From positions 1 through 64,000 of the IMG/VR virus record IMGVR_UViG_3300020440_000012: a DNA stretch of 64,000 nucleotides. The stretch is one strand, 5' to 3'. The DNA is from a virus (lineage: Duplodnaviria > Caudoviricetes). Under the pieces are notes generated by a model. It was not told the origin of the DNA and made no database searches. It saw nothing but the letters and a program-made list of their open reading frames with translations. A program made the translations under genes and the position numbers. Below are positions 1 through 10,006 of the stretch, one piece after another; the stretch's first letter is position 1; the number at the start of each line of letters is the position of its first letter.

Positions 1-1462
1 CTGATATTGTATCATAATACATTGTCCCTCCAAATTTTATATTTGTGAGTCTTCTTCTACCAAATCTAGGATTATAAGCAGGTACATTCCATATCCATGG
101 AATATGTTCATCTGTATTTAAATAGTCTCTCGCATTCAATACAGCAAATTTTCTCCACTCGGAATCATCTGCTGATGAAGATTTAAATTGTGCTATACCG
201 CTTGGATATAAAGCGGATAAGGGACCTTTTGCTAATGTTCCTGACATAGGTATAAAGCCTGCGCCTGACGAGGGTATGGCACTTGTATAATAAACATCAT
301 TTAATCTACTCAATGCGGAAAGTGGTGATTCCGCTTTTATATAACCACCGTGTCCAATAATTTTTCCGTCACCGTTTCTTGGATACCAGGAAGAACCCCA
401 ACTCATATTAACAATCGTTGGTCTTTTATATCCCGTTTTAGGATCAATCGGCTTATTTCTATGCCATAGTTTTATTAAGTCAAATGAATCGTTAAGTGAT
501 ATACATTCAGATGCTGGTGTGCCTGTAGCACCACCAACGGCTATTTTGTGTGCATAGATTCTGGCATTTTTAGCCCAGCCATATGTTTTACCGGCTACGG
601 TACCTGCAACATGTGTTCCGTGTCCATGTCTATCTGTATAATGTGCGGAAGGCATTTGTGTAGATAAAGGAAAGGAAGAGGCCGCAGTTCCTATAGCTGA
701 TGTATGATACCAGTTTATTTGCTGAAGTCTTGATACACCATTTTCGTCAAAAAATTCTGGATGATCGGCTTGTATACCTGAGTCTTGAATTACTACATCT
801 ACACCTGTTCCATCCATTGAAAATCGATACTCATCAAATTCTGAAAATGCTTGTTGTTGCATTCCAAAAGCATATCCAGTAGAAGATGTTGCTTTACCGG
901 ATGCGGGTCCACCGGAAATAATAGGTCTTAAATAGCACCATTTAGGTAATCCGGTTAAGGCTATGTTATATGGTTCTGCTGTTCCTTTTTCTCGTTCGAA
1001 GGCATCTCTAATAAATGAATTACCAGTAACCGGTATATATGTGTGTAAAATTTTAGCAAAGTCTTTATGTCCAGATGTTCTCTCACTTCCTGTTCCTCTT
1101 CCATTTCGACCTACACTACCTATAGTACCGTCTTCGTTTATTGTGAGATTAACGGAGACCTGTCTGTTTAATTTTATAAAAGGACCAGATTGAACTGAGT
1201 TTAAATGAAGTATTACATGTGGGTCTTTCTCTGGCGGTATTGTAACACTTTGAACTCTATGGTCTTTTAAAAGACACTTAGCCTCTTCTTCGGTCAAATC
1301 ATAGTGTGTGTTTACTTTAGAAGCTACTCTTGGATTAATTACGTCTACACATCTTGAAGGTACTGATGATCCACCACCTTCTCTACACATTTCTTTGCAG
1401 AATTCGTCATGATCTTCACCTCTAACTAATGTTACAATGTACTCTTTTCTTTGAGTAGACAT
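1..1462 (-). CDS. Subtilisin-family (S8) serine protease, runs off the left edge; absent from ORF track
   Basis: Manual translation from ATG at 1462 (AGGAGG SD) stays open to base 1; S8 Asp motif DVVIQDSGI, His motif HGHGTHVAGTVAG and IVNMSWG. Catalytic Ser would lie outside the window. Confidence 0.9.
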   Translation of the reverse strand, partial: MSTQRKEYIVTLVRGEDHDEFCKEMCREGGGSSVPSRCVDVINPRVASKVNTHYDLTEEEAKCLLKDHRVQSVTIPPEKDPHVILHLNSVQSGPFIKLNRQVSVNLTINEDGTIGSVGRNGRGTGSERTSGHKDFAKILHTYIPVTGNSFIRDAFEREKGTAEPYNIALTGLPKWCYLRPIISGGPASGKATSSTGYAFGMQQQAFSEFDEYRFSMDGTGVDVVIQDSGIQADHPEFFDENGVSRLQQINWYHTSAIGTAASSFPLSTQMPSAHYTDRHGHGTHVAGTVAGKTYGWAKNARIYAHKIAVGGATGTPASECISLNDSFDLIKLWHRNKPIDPKTGYKRPTIVNMSWGSSWYPRNGDGKIIGHGGYIKAESPLSALSRLNDVYYTSAIPSSGAGFIPMSGTLAKGPLSALYPSGIAQFKSSSADDSEWRKFAVLNARDYLNTDEHIPWIWNVPAYNPRFGRRRLTNIKFGGTMYYDTIS

Positions 1463-1473
1463 TTTTACGCCTC

Positions 1474-1842
1474 CTAGTGTAAGTCAACCCAAGAGCCATT
1501 TACTCTTGCCTGCACCTTATTGGTTGTAGTATTTAATATAAGGTCTCCATCTATTGCAAATAGATTATTTCTTTGACTTGTTGTAAAAGATGCGAGTCTA
1601 AAAGGTGAATTACTTATTATGACCGATTCGCTTGCTGACAATGTTATTGTAGAGTTACTAGCTATAACAGGTGATCCTGTTCCTGTGTTTTCTATTCTTT
1701 CATAATTTAAAATCGATACACCACTTAAAGTACCTTTAAAAACATTATTTGAATTTTTAAAGTAAACTTGTTCATCTACAGAATTAGATGAAAGTGTTTT
1801 TACTAAAGTACCTTTTGTTGCAGATGTGGTAAAGCTTGGCAT
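1474..1842 (-). CDS. Small probable virion structural protein
   Basis: C-terminal FTTSQRNNL...LNTTTNKVQARVNGSWVDL resembles a motif recurrent in T4-like structural proteins. Confidence 0.5.
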   Translation of the reverse strand: MPSFTTSATKGTLVKTLSSNSVDEQVYFKNSNNVFKGTLSGVSILNYERIENTGTGSPVIASNSTITLSASESVIISNSPFRLASFTTSQRNNLFAIDGDLILNTTTNKVQARVNGSWVDLH

Positions 1843-2831
1843 TATTTATCTCCTGATAATCTCTTAGTGTATGTACCACCAAAAGGATGTCTAACATCAG
1901 TATCATCTATCTCAGTTCCTGTTTTCATACCGACAGTTGTTGTGGTCATTTGTTCTTCTTTTTTCACGACTCCTTTTACCTCAGAAGTTGACCATGTATT
2001 TGCGTTTGGTACATAGTTTGCAATTTTAGCCAAAATATTTTTATCTATACTGTTTTTTGATAATGCTGGTTTACCTGATCTTTTAACATAAAAATAATCA
2101 GCCTGTTTGATGTACTTACCACCTGATTTTCCTATTTCTAATTCGGTATCAACATTAACTTTATTAAATGCGAAAACAATATCACCATCCATATATCTTT
2201 TCAGACCTTTACCCATGTTAACAATATCCAACATGGTCTGGGAGGCACCTCGATGAGTATTCACAAGAATCTCAACGGGTACAACTCGACCTCTAGATGG
2301 ATTTAGATTTTGTTTCTTAGCAACTTCAATATCATTAACTACCCAGACGATGTGTATGTTTTTAGGATCGTAATTAAACTGTCTTGCTAATCTGGTTATA
2401 TTATCCAACTTCTGTAAATCTTTTAGTGTAACATCGAATATGACATTTGGTTTTTCTTTTGCACCGCTATAAAACATACTCTTAAAGAATACTTGCTGTG
2501 CCTTACTTGGTAGATTTAATTCTCTTCCAATTATATCATGTAGCTTGGATACATCATCACCCTTTAATAAATTTATTTTGGATAAGTCTACTCCAAATTC
2601 ATCTTGAACTTTCTTGTTAAGCTTGGGTGCTTTTAAGGCCTTTGATTTTAAATCATCAACATCAAATACTTTACCTTCTAATCCGATTAGCTCTTTTAGA
2701 ACAAATCCTTTACCTGAACCGGCACCACCTGCGAGTATCAGTAGGTTACCAGACCTTGGATAAGCTTTATTCGCAAAGGTAATTAATTTTTCATCTACTT
2801 GCTGTGTTTCGTAAAATTTCTTAAATCTCAT
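1842..2831 (-). CDS. P-loop kinase (zeta toxin/AAA_33/Pnk-like)
   Basis: Walker A LAGGAGSGKGF, DVDDLK, IFDVT; start placed at MRFKKFYE, overlapping the upstream stop. Confidence 0.7.
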   Translation of the reverse strand: MRFKKFYETQQVDEKLITFANKAYPRSGNLLILAGGAGSGKGFVLKELIGLEGKVFDVDDLKSKALKAPKLNKKVQDEFGVDLSKINLLKGDDVSKLHDIIGRELNLPSKAQQVFFKSMFYSGAKEKPNVIFDVTLKDLQKLDNITRLARQFNYDPKNIHIVWVVNDIEVAKKQNLNPSRGRVVPVEILVNTHRGASQTMLDIVNMGKGLKRYMDGDIVFAFNKVNVDTELEIGKSGGKYIKQADYFYVKRSGKPALSKNSIDKNILAKIANYVPNANTWSTSEVKGVVKKEEQMTTTTVGMKTGTEIDDTDVRHPFGGTYTKRLSGDK

Positions 2832-3087
2832 TTTTTTTCTCCTCAATTTTTACTACAAGGTTTGAATCACCTTTTATAATTCTATGATACTCATTCTTAT
2901 TTACATGAATTATGTCACCTTTATTGAGGTTTACTGGTAATTGATTATCGTATTGAAATTTCCAGTTTTCACCTTCTAAAACCGTTATCTTTCTATCTTC
3001 ATGATCTCTATGCCAGACGAAATTTCCGACTGGTTGATTTACATCAAAGTATCTCAATCCTTCTTTATCTATATATGGGTTTACCAA
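2821..3087 (-). CDS. Cupin-like small protein
   Basis: WHRDHEDRKITVLEG...IHVNKNEYHRI cupin-type His pattern. Confidence 0.6.
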   Translation of the reverse strand: MVNPYIDKEGLRYFDVNQPVGNFVWHRDHEDRKITVLEGENWKFQYDNQLPVNLNKGDIIHVNKNEYHRIIKGDSNLVVKIEEKKNEI

Positions 3088-3644
3088 AAGTAGTCTCCTC
3101 CACCTTCGAGTCCTAACTCTTTTGCATACATAGGTAATCTACAAGACCAGTACCCTGGCTTGGTCTTATCATTCTTTGTGTCACATCTATGTCTTGATGC
3201 AAAGTTTTTGGCTGCCGATCTGTCGTTTATTTTAGCTTTTAAACCCGTTGTGTCACCAAACTCGATTTTGATTATATTACCTTTGTCGTTCTTTACATAT
3301 ACATAGAACTTTTTAGAACCACCTCTTTTTGGTGAATCTAATTCGACTTCTCTACCATCATATTCAGCTTCGACTAAAGGTATATCAAGAGGTATTCTTT
3401 CACCTTCATATTCAGACCACTGACCTAAATCAGTTTCAATGAAAAGTTTTCTAGTTAAGTCATCAACTTTTGGATATTTATCTATGTTCTCGGAAAGTTC
3501 CTTTGTTAATTCATAGTATGCGTCAGAATGAGGTCTGTACACATTGTGAACAGGTACATTGTTTTTATTTGCATACTCTACGATTTTATCTAAAGGTTGA
3601 GTTTGCTCTTCAATATTACTGTATATTTCTTTGAATGTTTTCAT
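3081..3644 (-). CDS. Conserved phage protein with capsid-targeting-like N-terminus
   Basis: Starts MKTFKEIY; C-terminal module (FASRHRC...PGYWSC) after LVE|AEY; upstream GTAAATA at 3667-3673. Confidence 0.6.
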   Translation of the reverse strand: MKTFKEIYSNIEEQTQPLDKIVEYANKNNVPVHNVYRPHSDAYYELTKELSENIDKYPKVDDLTRKLFIETDLGQWSEYEGERIPLDIPLVEAEYDGREVELDSPKRGGSKKFYVYVKNDKGNIIKIEFGDTTGLKAKINDRSAAKNFASRHRCDTKNDKTKPGYWSCRLPMYAKELGLEGGGDYFW

Positions 3645-3695
3645 TTATTCCCTCACTATTTGGCTATATTTACAACATAACAGTGAGAAAATAAT

Positions 3696-5012
3696 CTATC
3701 GACCAACTGCATTCAAATACTTTTCTCTAGCTTCTTCCCAAGTCATATGAAGCATGTCCGAATAGTAAAGACTTTCGTCTAGATTCAAACGACCTTGGTT
3801 CTCTAATGATTTAAATCGCTTAGATGCATATTTGTTTTTCCATTTGTTAACAATGGTTTCTACACTGAAGTCTACATTCTTTTTAAGTTCTTCATGTGTA
3901 ATCTCGTTTCTAAGATATGCATCGGTATTTTCATAGAATCTACAGAAGTAAACACCTCTTCTATGTTCTGATCTTATTTCATCACGATCGATGTTTAAGT
4001 TCTTTTTAGCAAATGCTGTTATGATAAATCTAGTCTTAGAATCTTTGAAGCCTGTCCAACCTTTTGGTCCGGGTTTTAATGCAAGATTGTACTTCCAATA
4101 ATTCCAAGGGTCATTGACTTTCATCCAGTCTTTAATTAACTTTCGATTATCGGGTGTGGGGTCAACCATCACAGTACCATTGGAGAATCCCATAGTCTTC
4201 CAATATGGTTTAAGACCTGAGTATTGTGATACTGGTTTGTCACCTGCTGATTTGTCATATAAGCTGGTCGTAGTACAACCACCAGGAAAGTCACCATACT
4301 TTTCATACCATGCTTTCTGAACAACATCAGATGTAACTAACATAGCTAATAGTTTGCCACCAGTAAAGTTGAAACCAAGAGGTTGTGTAGGAACGATTGT
4401 GGAACCAATGTAAGTTCTGTTGATTAAATGTTCCATAGACCTTTGTTCACGAGTCCAACCAATCTTGACATCACGACATGTGAGGTCAAGAAAGTCTGAA
4501 GATACACAAAAGACACCTAGGTATTTTCCGGTAGGCTTGTCTCTTACGATAAAGAATAAATTTCTACCTAAGTTCTGGTTATTAGGCATTGTGCTAGTAA
4601 ATGTTCTCAGGGTATTCCAGATGAATAATAGATTTTTATTATCTTTTGTGGATATAACCTCTATATCTAGTTTTTCAAAATCTTCATATGAAGTCGGTCT
4701 CCAGATATTTTCACGAATCTCAAGTATCTGTTGCATTACTTTTGGTTTTACCCAAGCAAACTTTGTTTGTATCTCATTCCATTTTGTCCACAAAGTATAC
4801 TCTTCAACCGGCATATTTCTCTTGAATCTAAAATCTTCAAGTAAAGTATTTCGAAGTTCTTCTGTATCTGTTGGATAATCAGGTATAAACTCTTGTGGAT
4901 AGAGTCGTCTACACTCTTCATAAGATGCTTCTAAAAATTCATTTCTTTCATCTAAAGAAAGACTTGTCCACCTAACACCTTCATATTTTTCAGGGTTGTG
5001 TGTATATCTCAT
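3696..5012 (-). CDS. DUF4338/DruA-like protein
   Basis: GRNLFFIVRD...GKYLG, TIVPTQPLGFNFTGGKLLAMLVTS, TTTSLY motifs as recalled for this family; start at 5012 (ATGA overlap, GAGG SD). Confidence 0.6.
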   Translation of the reverse strand: MRYTHNPEKYEGVRWTSLSLDERNEFLEASYEECRRLYPQEFIPDYPTDTEELRNTLLEDFRFKRNMPVEEYTLWTKWNEIQTKFAWVKPKVMQQILEIRENIWRPTSYEDFEKLDIEVISTKDNKNLLFIWNTLRTFTSTMPNNQNLGRNLFFIVRDKPTGKYLGVFCVSSDFLDLTCRDVKIGWTREQRSMEHLINRTYIGSTIVPTQPLGFNFTGGKLLAMLVTSDVVQKAWYEKYGDFPGGCTTTSLYDKSAGDKPVSQYSGLKPYWKTMGFSNGTVMVDPTPDNRKLIKDWMKVNDPWNYWKYNLALKPGPKGWTGFKDSKTRFIITAFAKKNLNIDRDEIRSEHRRGVYFCRFYENTDAYLRNEITHEELKKNVDFSVETIVNKWKNKYASKRFKSLENQGRLNLDESLYYSDMLHMTWEEAREKYLNAVGR

Positions 5013-5248
5013 ATTTCCTCTATTTTTAAAATACAACCTTTTGGTATTACAATTTTATCCGCTAGGCTATCAAAGCCTTGTTCTGAATAGTATCTAGATG
5101 TAACTAGTCTTATCCATGTTTTACTAGAGTTGTCTACCCAACCAACTGTTTCAGCTTTAACAGGTTCTATCTCATTGTCAGTATGAAGTTCGGCTTGAAT
5201 ATCTTCCCATATTACTAGGACCCTCATACCTTTTTTTACCTGTTTCAT
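5009..5248 (-). CDS. Hypothetical phage protein
   Basis: 79-aa ORF translationally coupled to the downstream gene. Confidence 0.6.
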   Translation of the reverse strand: MKQVKKGMRVLVIWEDIQAELHTDNEIEPVKAETVGWVDNSSKTWIRLVTSRYYSEQGFDSLADKIVIPKGCILKIEEI

Positions 5249-5258
5249 ACTACACCAT

Positions 5259-5384
5259 TTAGCTTACTTTTTTTTGATTTTTTAACGAAACCTTTTTCTG
5301 TTTCTTAATCTTTCTTTCAATCTTATCGGAATCATAAGATTTTTTCTTCTTGGCTTTATCGCCTTGTTTTCTATTGTAGCTCAT
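5259..5384 (-). CDS. Small Lys-rich protein (41 aa), not in ORF track
   Basis: MSYNRKQGDKAKKKKSYDSDKIERKIKKQKKVSLKNQKKVS fills the gap after gp32. Confidence 0.5.
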   Translation of the reverse strand: MSYNRKQGDKAKKKKSYDSDKIERKIKKQKKVSLKNQKKVS

Positions 5385-5397
5385 TGTACTGAATCGT

Positions 5398-6477
5398 TTA
5401 GAACAGATCATCAAGGTCTGGAATATCCTTCAGAACATCATCAACATTGATCTCATCTGTTACCAAATCTTCCTTTTCTTTTTTATCAACTTCTTCTTCT
5501 TGGTCTACATCTGTAATATCAATATCATCAATATCAATATCATCCGTATCAGATACATCAGAGGAACCCATTTCTACTATATTTTCGGTATTTTTATCCT
5601 CAGCTTGTTTAATAGGTTGTGTATCTTCTGTATTCCCTATTGAAATATCAAAGTCATCTTCTGGTAAATCAGAGGGTGCAGTATGTTTTGCCAAAAAGGC
5701 CTTTAACTCCATCTCGGTCGAGTATGAATATAAAGAGTCAAAGTCTATAGCTTCAATTTGTGATACTGGTATATCAATATCATGAGGCTTACTACCAAAC
5801 TGGAACTTAAGTTCTTTTCTAGTATATGGTTTACCTGTGTATTGATTAATTCTTTCAGAACCATCTTTATTCTTTTGAGCAACTTCTGAAACAACAACTG
5901 CCAGGTCAACCGCACCTTCACCGTTAAAGACAGGTGACTCATGTTCTTTACCTTTAACTTGTTCACATAATCTCTTATAAATATCACGGTCACGAATTAA
6001 GAAAAGCATAATACGACCATTATTTTCAGGTACATTAGGGTCAGAAATAATATAAGCTGGTATAAATGCAACAAATTGTCTACGCATCTTTCTATGATTT
6101 GCACTAGCTACTTTATTACTAAAGTTAGTAGACTTCGCAAGTTCAAATTGATTATTTGAATACTGACAAATAGGACAGTTCTGCCATGCATTCTTAATAT
6201 TAAGATATGGTGATGTAGGACAAGTAACAAAATCGACTGTTAACTTTCCGTTTTCATCTCTATCATAAACTGTATGATTATATTGTTCTATGAAAGGTAT
6301 ATTACGATTACTGTTTTCATCTACAAACCATAAAAGTCTCATTCTATAATAAGAGCCTTCTGGTGTTGGTGTTGGTGTTAGAAAATTTTTCCACATTTGG
6401 TCATTGTTATTATTTCTACCGGCACCTGATTTTTTAAGTGCTTCAGTTAATGACCCACTTGTTAGCTTAATAGACAT
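5398..6477 (-). CDS. 32: T4 gp32-like single-stranded DNA-binding protein
   Basis: CPTSP...CPICQ zinc site, R-x-FVAFIPAYIISDP...NNGRIMLF, acidic tail ending DLDDLF. Confidence 0.85.
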   Translation of the reverse strand: MSIKLTSGSLTEALKKSGAGRNNNNDQMWKNFLTPTPTPEGSYYRMRLLWFVDENSNRNIPFIEQYNHTVYDRDENGKLTVDFVTCPTSPYLNIKNAWQNCPICQYSNNQFELAKSTNFSNKVASANHRKMRRQFVAFIPAYIISDPNVPENNGRIMLFLIRDRDIYKRLCEQVKGKEHESPVFNGEGAVDLAVVVSEVAQKNKDGSERINQYTGKPYTRKELKFQFGSKPHDIDIPVSQIEAIDFDSLYSYSTEMELKAFLAKHTAPSDLPEDDFDISIGNTEDTQPIKQAEDKNTENIVEMGSSDVSDTDDIDIDDIDITDVDQEEEVDKKEKEDLVTDEINVDDVLKDIPDLDDLF

Positions 6478-6515
6478 ATGTTCTCCTTGTTATATAAATT
6501 ATTATACCTATAATT

Positions 6516-7184
6516 TTATTTTTTTAATACTTTTTTTATGTTGTTGTTCACTACAGCCGAAACGCTAGGTAATTCAACACCTTTTACGTCAACAAACGAT
6601 TGTATTGTGTTACCTCTAAGTGCATCTCTATGTTTTATCACAGTGTTTTCCAGTATACTTGCAATATCAGGTTCTATGTTATACTTTATAGACTTTAGTA
6701 CATCTAGTGGTAGAAGAGATAAGAAATATTTTGACAGTCTATTAGACGCTATGTGCAAACCTAAAACTTCACCTTTTATCGACTCTTCTAAATACTCTTG
6801 TAGGTTTTTGAGATCATTCTCTTTACAGAACTTCACAATAAACTTCATACTTGATATTGTTTTCTCAACAACCTTATTTGAGTTTGACATTGCTTCTGCT
6901 TTTTTATGTCTATGCGACCACATCTCAAGATTGGAAGGATTTAGAAGTTGTTTAGGATGGAAATATTTTCCTTTAAATTTCTTTGCTACCATTGGAATAT
7001 ACTCGTGAAGATTTATCTTGTAGTCTCTTGCTACTATCGAAAGCTTTTCGAAGCATACCCACTTTGTTGTGTCTTCTCGGTGTTTATCAAAGTTCTTGAA
7101 TCTTCTTATGTATATACCTTTGGATTCTTTCTGATAATACTTCCAATATAACCAACATGATTCTTCTGGTGTGTACTCGTACAT
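6516..7184 (-). CDS. Hypothetical; candidate gp59-like helicase loader
   Basis: 222 aa, basic, immediately upstream of gp32 as in the T4 33-59-32 order; position and size only. Confidence 0.35.
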   Translation of the reverse strand: MYEYTPEESCWLYWKYYQKESKGIYIRRFKNFDKHREDTTKWVCFEKLSIVARDYKINLHEYIPMVAKKFKGKYFHPKQLLNPSNLEMWSHRHKKAEAMSNSNKVVEKTISSMKFIVKFCKENDLKNLQEYLEESIKGEVLGLHIASNRLSKYFLSLLPLDVLKSIKYNIEPDIASILENTVIKHRDALRGNTIQSFVDVKGVELPSVSAVVNNNIKKVLKK

Positions 7185-7187
7185 ATA

Positions 7188-7484
7188 CTAAAAAGGATAA
7201 TTAGGTTCTTTACAAATTTTTTCGTTTAACTCTCTCTTCAAGTGTGGTGTTATTATAGTAGTATTATAATTATATGTTAGTATAACTAGATATTTTAAAT
7301 CAACTTTTAATCGATTAAGAAAGTCACACAACAACTCCCTGTCACGATATATATCTTTCATCTTTGATGCCATCTTTTCTTTTTTAAAACTACCTGCATA
7401 TTCAGATAGTATACTTTCAAAAAGATTCATATCGATCTTTACATGTGTTGCTGTTTCTTCGTCATCAAAGAAGTTGTTTAACAT
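7188..7484 (-). CDS. Hypothetical; candidate gp33-like late co-activator
   Basis: 98 aa in the syntenic position; no motif recognised. Confidence 0.25.
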   Translation of the reverse strand: MLNNFFDDEETATHVKIDMNLFESILSEYAGSFKKEKMASKMKDIYRDRELLCDFLNRLKVDLKYLVILTYNYNTTIITPHLKRELNEKICKEPNYPF

Positions 7485-8905
7485 TAGAATAATCCTCCGA
7501 AGTCATCGTCATTATTGTTTTTAACAGAGTCAACAATGTCACCTGCATCGTTACCTGTTTGAACATCGAAATCATCAATGACTAAGGTTTCATAATCAAT
7601 AGATAATCTATTTCTAACATGATTTTTACCATATCTGTTCTTTAGAAATTTTGCGTTGATGCAACCAGCTTCGATGTCATCTTCCTCTTGTGATAGTGCA
7701 ATAACGACATCGGCAGTGTGTGCGATACCTTTTGACTCACTTGTATTTTCAAGGCCTATGTTTGATGTATTATAACCTTCTGTATTGACCTGTGTAGCGG
7801 TAACAACTGGTCTACCAAATTTGGCACTCAAGGCTCTTAAGTCACGAGCAACATCACCAACTCTTTCATACATTGTAGAATTGTATGTCTTGTTTTTTGG
7901 TAACATCAAGTTCAAATAGTCTACAAAGATAATATCAGGTGTTCTTCCAATAGTCTTTATAAGTTTATCAATATAGTTCTCTAAATTCATTGTAGTAACA
8001 CTATTTTCTGGAAATCTTTTAACCACCAACTTTGAGCCTGGATGTTGAGTGAAATATTTCTCAATCTTGGCTTGTGAGTCTTTTCTGGTTTCACGAAGAT
8101 TATCAATGTTATTACCCGAAATGTGTGCTGAGAATCTTCTTTGATACATCTTTTCCGATAACTCTAAAGTTATAACCAAGGCGAAGCCGTTGCTGTCTAA
8201 AACCTTTTTAGCAATGTTAGACAACATAAGTGATTTACCCAAACATGGTTGTGCCATGAATACTAGTAGACAGTCACCATCAGAAGATATACCACCATTT
8301 GTTGTTCTATCTAAACAACCAATACCAAGTGGTACTTTTGATTCTGGACTACAAAGATCATCAAAGTGACCAGCAATGTCTGTAAAGTAATCTGCACCTA
8401 AGTCTTTATATAGTGTTACACCCAGTGCTTTTTCAAATGCTTCGATGCATTTTGTAGGATCTTTTTTAGATTCTATTCTTTCAATGTTATCCATGATCGC
8501 ATAATACAGTGCTTTCTCACGAATAAAAGATAGAACCTGTTTCTCTACGAAAAGATTATCTTGTTCATCACTTTTTGAAATGTCAAGGTCTAGTGCATCA
8601 TCGTAAGCATCTAATATAGATTTCTTTCTTTGTGTCAATGAATCATTTGTTTCTGACAACTTATCTACATATGCGGACATCAAAGACCTGTTAGGCACAG
8701 AATCATATCTCTTGAAGTGTTTAAGACAGATACCCAACTGTAGTTTTATATCTTCACTATCAAACCATCTTTTGTCAAACGACTCTAAGAATAGATGTGT
8801 GTATGTTTGATCTGTTAATACTTTCTTAAGAATTAAAGATTCAACTACATCATTGGACAAATCCGGTCTTAACGGAATATCGTTATCATACTTTGTATCA
8901 GACAT
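7484..8905 (-). CDS. 41: gp41-like replicative (DnaB-family) helicase
   Basis: AQPCLGKS, IIFVDYLNLM, VVTATQVN, ESKGIAHTAD, KNRYG. Confidence 0.93.
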   Translation of the reverse strand: MSDTKYDNDIPLRPDLSNDVVESLILKKVLTDQTYTHLFLESFDKRWFDSEDIKLQLGICLKHFKRYDSVPNRSLMSAYVDKLSETNDSLTQRKKSILDAYDDALDLDISKSDEQDNLFVEKQVLSFIREKALYYAIMDNIERIESKKDPTKCIEAFEKALGVTLYKDLGADYFTDIAGHFDDLCSPESKVPLGIGCLDRTTNGGISSDGDCLLVFMAQPCLGKSLMLSNIAKKVLDSNGFALVITLELSEKMYQRRFSAHISGNNIDNLRETRKDSQAKIEKYFTQHPGSKLVVKRFPENSVTTMNLENYIDKLIKTIGRTPDIIFVDYLNLMLPKNKTYNSTMYERVGDVARDLRALSAKFGRPVVTATQVNTEGYNTSNIGLENTSESKGIAHTADVVIALSQEEDDIEAGCINAKFLKNRYGKNHVRNRLSIDYETLVIDDFDVQTGNDAGDIVDSVKNNNDDDFGGLF

Positions 8906-8911
8906 GTACTA

Positions 8912-10006
8912 TTATACTTCTGTTTCTAGATTATTAAAATCATCGATTTGATTAACAGAAGAATAAGCCAGTTCTTTCTTTGAGGCTTCATTAAACTCAT
9001 CTAGGAATGTATTCCAGATTTCATCATTCTTTAAAAGTTCTGATCTTTGAACTTTCTTATCTGAATAAGAAGGTACTTCATACCAGGCACCAGCTTGTTT
9101 GATAAACCCATAGTTAACAGCAGGTTCGATAAGACCGTCCCACTTATCTATTCCTCTGGAAAAGTCGATATGCATTTCAGCTTCTACGAAAGGTTTTACA
9201 AGTCTGTTTTTAACGGTGAAGAATTTTAAGTCAGCACCATTGTAATGACCTCCGTCTGGACCTTTGTCTTTCTTTTCAGCTTTCAATAATGCTTTAGTAC
9301 ACTGAATGGTTACGGTGGCAACATAAGCAAGTTTTTTACCACCTGATTGATTTTTTATTTTTTGCGTATACATTGAACCTGGGTCATCATATACATGATT
9401 GATTGCAATAAAGGTGGTATCGGCTTTTAATGCCGGTATAGTTGTAGACTGCATAAGTCCGTTACACGCTCTTGCTCTAAGACCCATGTCGGTAACTTGT
9501 TTATCTTTTTCAATAGCATCTGTATAAAATTTCTCAGTAACTAAGTTACCTAAAGAGTCTAGTACAATAAGAAACTGATCTTCTGGATTCTCTTTCTTGT
9601 GTTCAATGATTGAATCATAAATTTTATTAACCATTGACGTAGTTTCTTCTACAGTGTTGACTAGAATGTGTTCGATTCTATCTAGGTCGCAACCTAAGTT
9701 TGTAAAGAAATCTTTAAGACCACCACCTTCGGAGTCTAGATAGAAGATGTGTTTGAATCCTGAATCTAAGGCATTTTTAATAATTTGTGCGGCGATTAGC
9801 GACTTACCTACACCGGATTCACCGCCAAATAAAACATTGCGACCTTGAGGAATACCACCATTAATATCACCTGAAATAATTCGATTGAGTGCCATACACC
9901 CTGTGTTGATGTAACTGCTTATTTCACCATATACTGAATCCGTGAATGTAGAACTACCTGTTCTTTTTCGGATTGCATTCATCATCTTGTTTAAATCACT
10001 AGCCAT
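8912..10006 (-). CDS. uvsX: UvsX/RecA-like recombinase
   Basis: GESGVGKS, IVLDSLGNL, INHVY, SGGKKL, KNRL. Confidence 0.93.
   Translation of the reverse strand: MASDLNKMMNAIRKRTGSSTFTDSVYGEISSYINTGCMALNRIISGDINGGIPQGRNVLFGGESGVGKSLIAAQIIKNALDSGFKHIFYLDSEGGGLKDFFTNLGCDLDRIEHILVNTVEETTSMVNKIYDSIIEHKKENPEDQFLIVLDSLGNLVTEKFYTDAIEKDKQVTDMGLRARACNGLMQSTTIPALKADTTFIAINHVYDDPGSMYTQKIKNQSGGKKLAYVATVTIQCTKALLKAEKKDKGPDGGHYNGADLKFFTVKNRLVKPFVEAEMHIDFSRGIDKWDGLIEPAVNYGFIKQAGAWYEVPSYSDKKVQRSELLKNDEIWNTFLDEFNEASKKELAYSSVNQIDDFNNLETEV

Noticed and set aside
700-1193. Plus-strand ORFs 700..882 and 963..1193
   Set aside because: Antisense shadows of the S8 protease frame
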